Source: Candidatus Rokuibacteriota bacterium (GTDB taxonomy: Bacteria; Methylomirabilota; Methylomirabilia; Rokubacteriales; CSP1-6). Taken from it: a DNA stretch of 64,000 nt. Below, piece after piece: positions 63,357-64,000 of this stretch (position 1 is its first letter; every line of letters starts with the position of its first letter). The notes under the pieces are model-generated. The model made no database searches. It saw only the letters and a list, made by a program, of their open reading frames with translations, and had not been told where the DNA came from. The translations under genes were made by a program, and so were the position numbers. The stretch lies in NCBI GenBank assembly GCA_016200085.1, contig JACQFL010000018.1, forward strand, positions 48,006 through 112,005, read 5' to 3'.

Positions 63357-64000
63357 TTCTCACGCGGCTCACCGTCACGGACTTCGGCGTGTTCCGCGGC
63401 CGTCAAACTATCGCGCTCGCGCCGCGGCCCTCCCGTCCCGTCGTTCTTTTCGGCGGAAAAAACGGCGCGGGCAAGACGACGTTACTCGAAGCGGTCCGGC
63501 TGTGTCTCTACGGCTCGGGAGCGCTTGGCGCACGGACGTCCAAGGAGGCATATCTCGCGTATCTTGAGGGGCGGATTCACTCGAATCCGGACTTTCTTAT
63601 CCAGCCGATGTTCGCCTCCGTTTCGGTCGAGTTCCAGCATGCGGACGTCGGCGCCGTCCACACCTACACCGTTACACGTTCATGGGAGCGCAAAGGAGCC
63701 AACCGGATTGTCGAGCACCTTGATCTGGAGCGAGATGGCAAGGCGCTGGACGAACTGGCGGGGGAGCATTGGCAGGAATTCGTGCGGGAGCTTGTCCCTC
63801 CGGGGGTGGCCCAGCTCTTCTTCTTCGATGGGGAGAAGATTCAGCAGCTTGCGGAGGATAGCTCTGACCAGCGAACGCTCGCAGATGCGATCAAATCACT
63901 CCTCGGTCTAAACCTCGTCGAGCGGCTACAAACCGACCTCAATATTTTCCAGTCGCGGCTCACTCTCTCGGCAGAAGAGGGAGAGCCCGAGCGAGAACTC
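63353..64000 (+). CDS. dndD: DNA phosphorothioation ATPase DndD (5' portion; continues past the window)
   Basis: GTG start in a GTGA overlap with the dndC stop; VILTRLTVTDFGVFRG..LFGGKNGAGKTTLLEAVRLCLYG..LFFFDGEKIQQL..; absent from the track because it has no stop in the window. Confidence 0.8.
   Translation, partial: MILTRLTVTDFGVFRGRQTIALAPRPSRPVVLFGGKNGAGKTTLLEAVRLCLYGSGALGARTSKEAYLAYLEGRIHSNPDFLIQPMFASVSVEFQHADVGAVHTYTVTRSWERKGANRIVEHLDLERDGKALDELAGEHWQEFVRELVPPGVAQLFFFDGEKIQQLAEDSSDQRTLADAIKSLLGLNLVERLQTDLNIFQSRLTLSAEEGEPEREL

Overview
This is a high-GC (about 70%) bacterial chromosome segment, almost entirely on the minus strand up to about 34.9 kb. Left part (1-11.6 kb): MaoC-like hydratase, a livFGMHK branched-chain amino-acid ABC transporter, thiE, accC-accB, efp, a TPR protein and aroB-aroC. 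Middle (11.7-33.5 kb): one large type IV pilus supercluster on the minus strand. In transcription order it runs pilB-pilT-pilC-pilS-pilR-pilA, a TMTC-like TPR membrane protein, pilD, a fimT/U-like pseudopilin, a tandemly duplicated pilV-pilW-pilX minor-pilin module, and pilMNOPQ. pilQ is followed directly by aroC-aroB. Then come a macro-domain protein and mazG, two hypotheticals, and a heat-shock locus on the plus strand: dnaK, a divergent dnaJ-like gene, hspR (MerR family), lon and a lytic transglycosylase. From about 43.2 kb the composition becomes heterogeneous: a 5'-truncated comM remnant abuts what looks like a horizontally acquired defence island running to the end of the window. The island contains (i) a ubiquitin-like conjugation-type operon (multi-ubiquitin-like beta-grasp protein, small E2-like candidate, JAB-E1 fusion); (ii) a divergent ECF-sigma-like / ImmA-IrrE metallopeptidase module; (iii) a UDG-superfamily protein and several hypotheticals, one disrupted; (iv) an IS256-family insertion; (v) a six-gene minus-strand operon (PLD-nuclease/SF2-helicase fusion, an unannotated 55-aa ORF, DndD-like ATPase, DndE-sized small protein, AIPR-like protein, DGQHR/DndB-like paralog apparently cut by the IS); and (vi) a divergently transcribed canonical dndB-dndC-dndD phosphorothioation cluster that runs off the window. 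No rRNA, tRNA or CRISPR array was recognised. Many long ORFs in the track are antisense artefacts of the high GC content.
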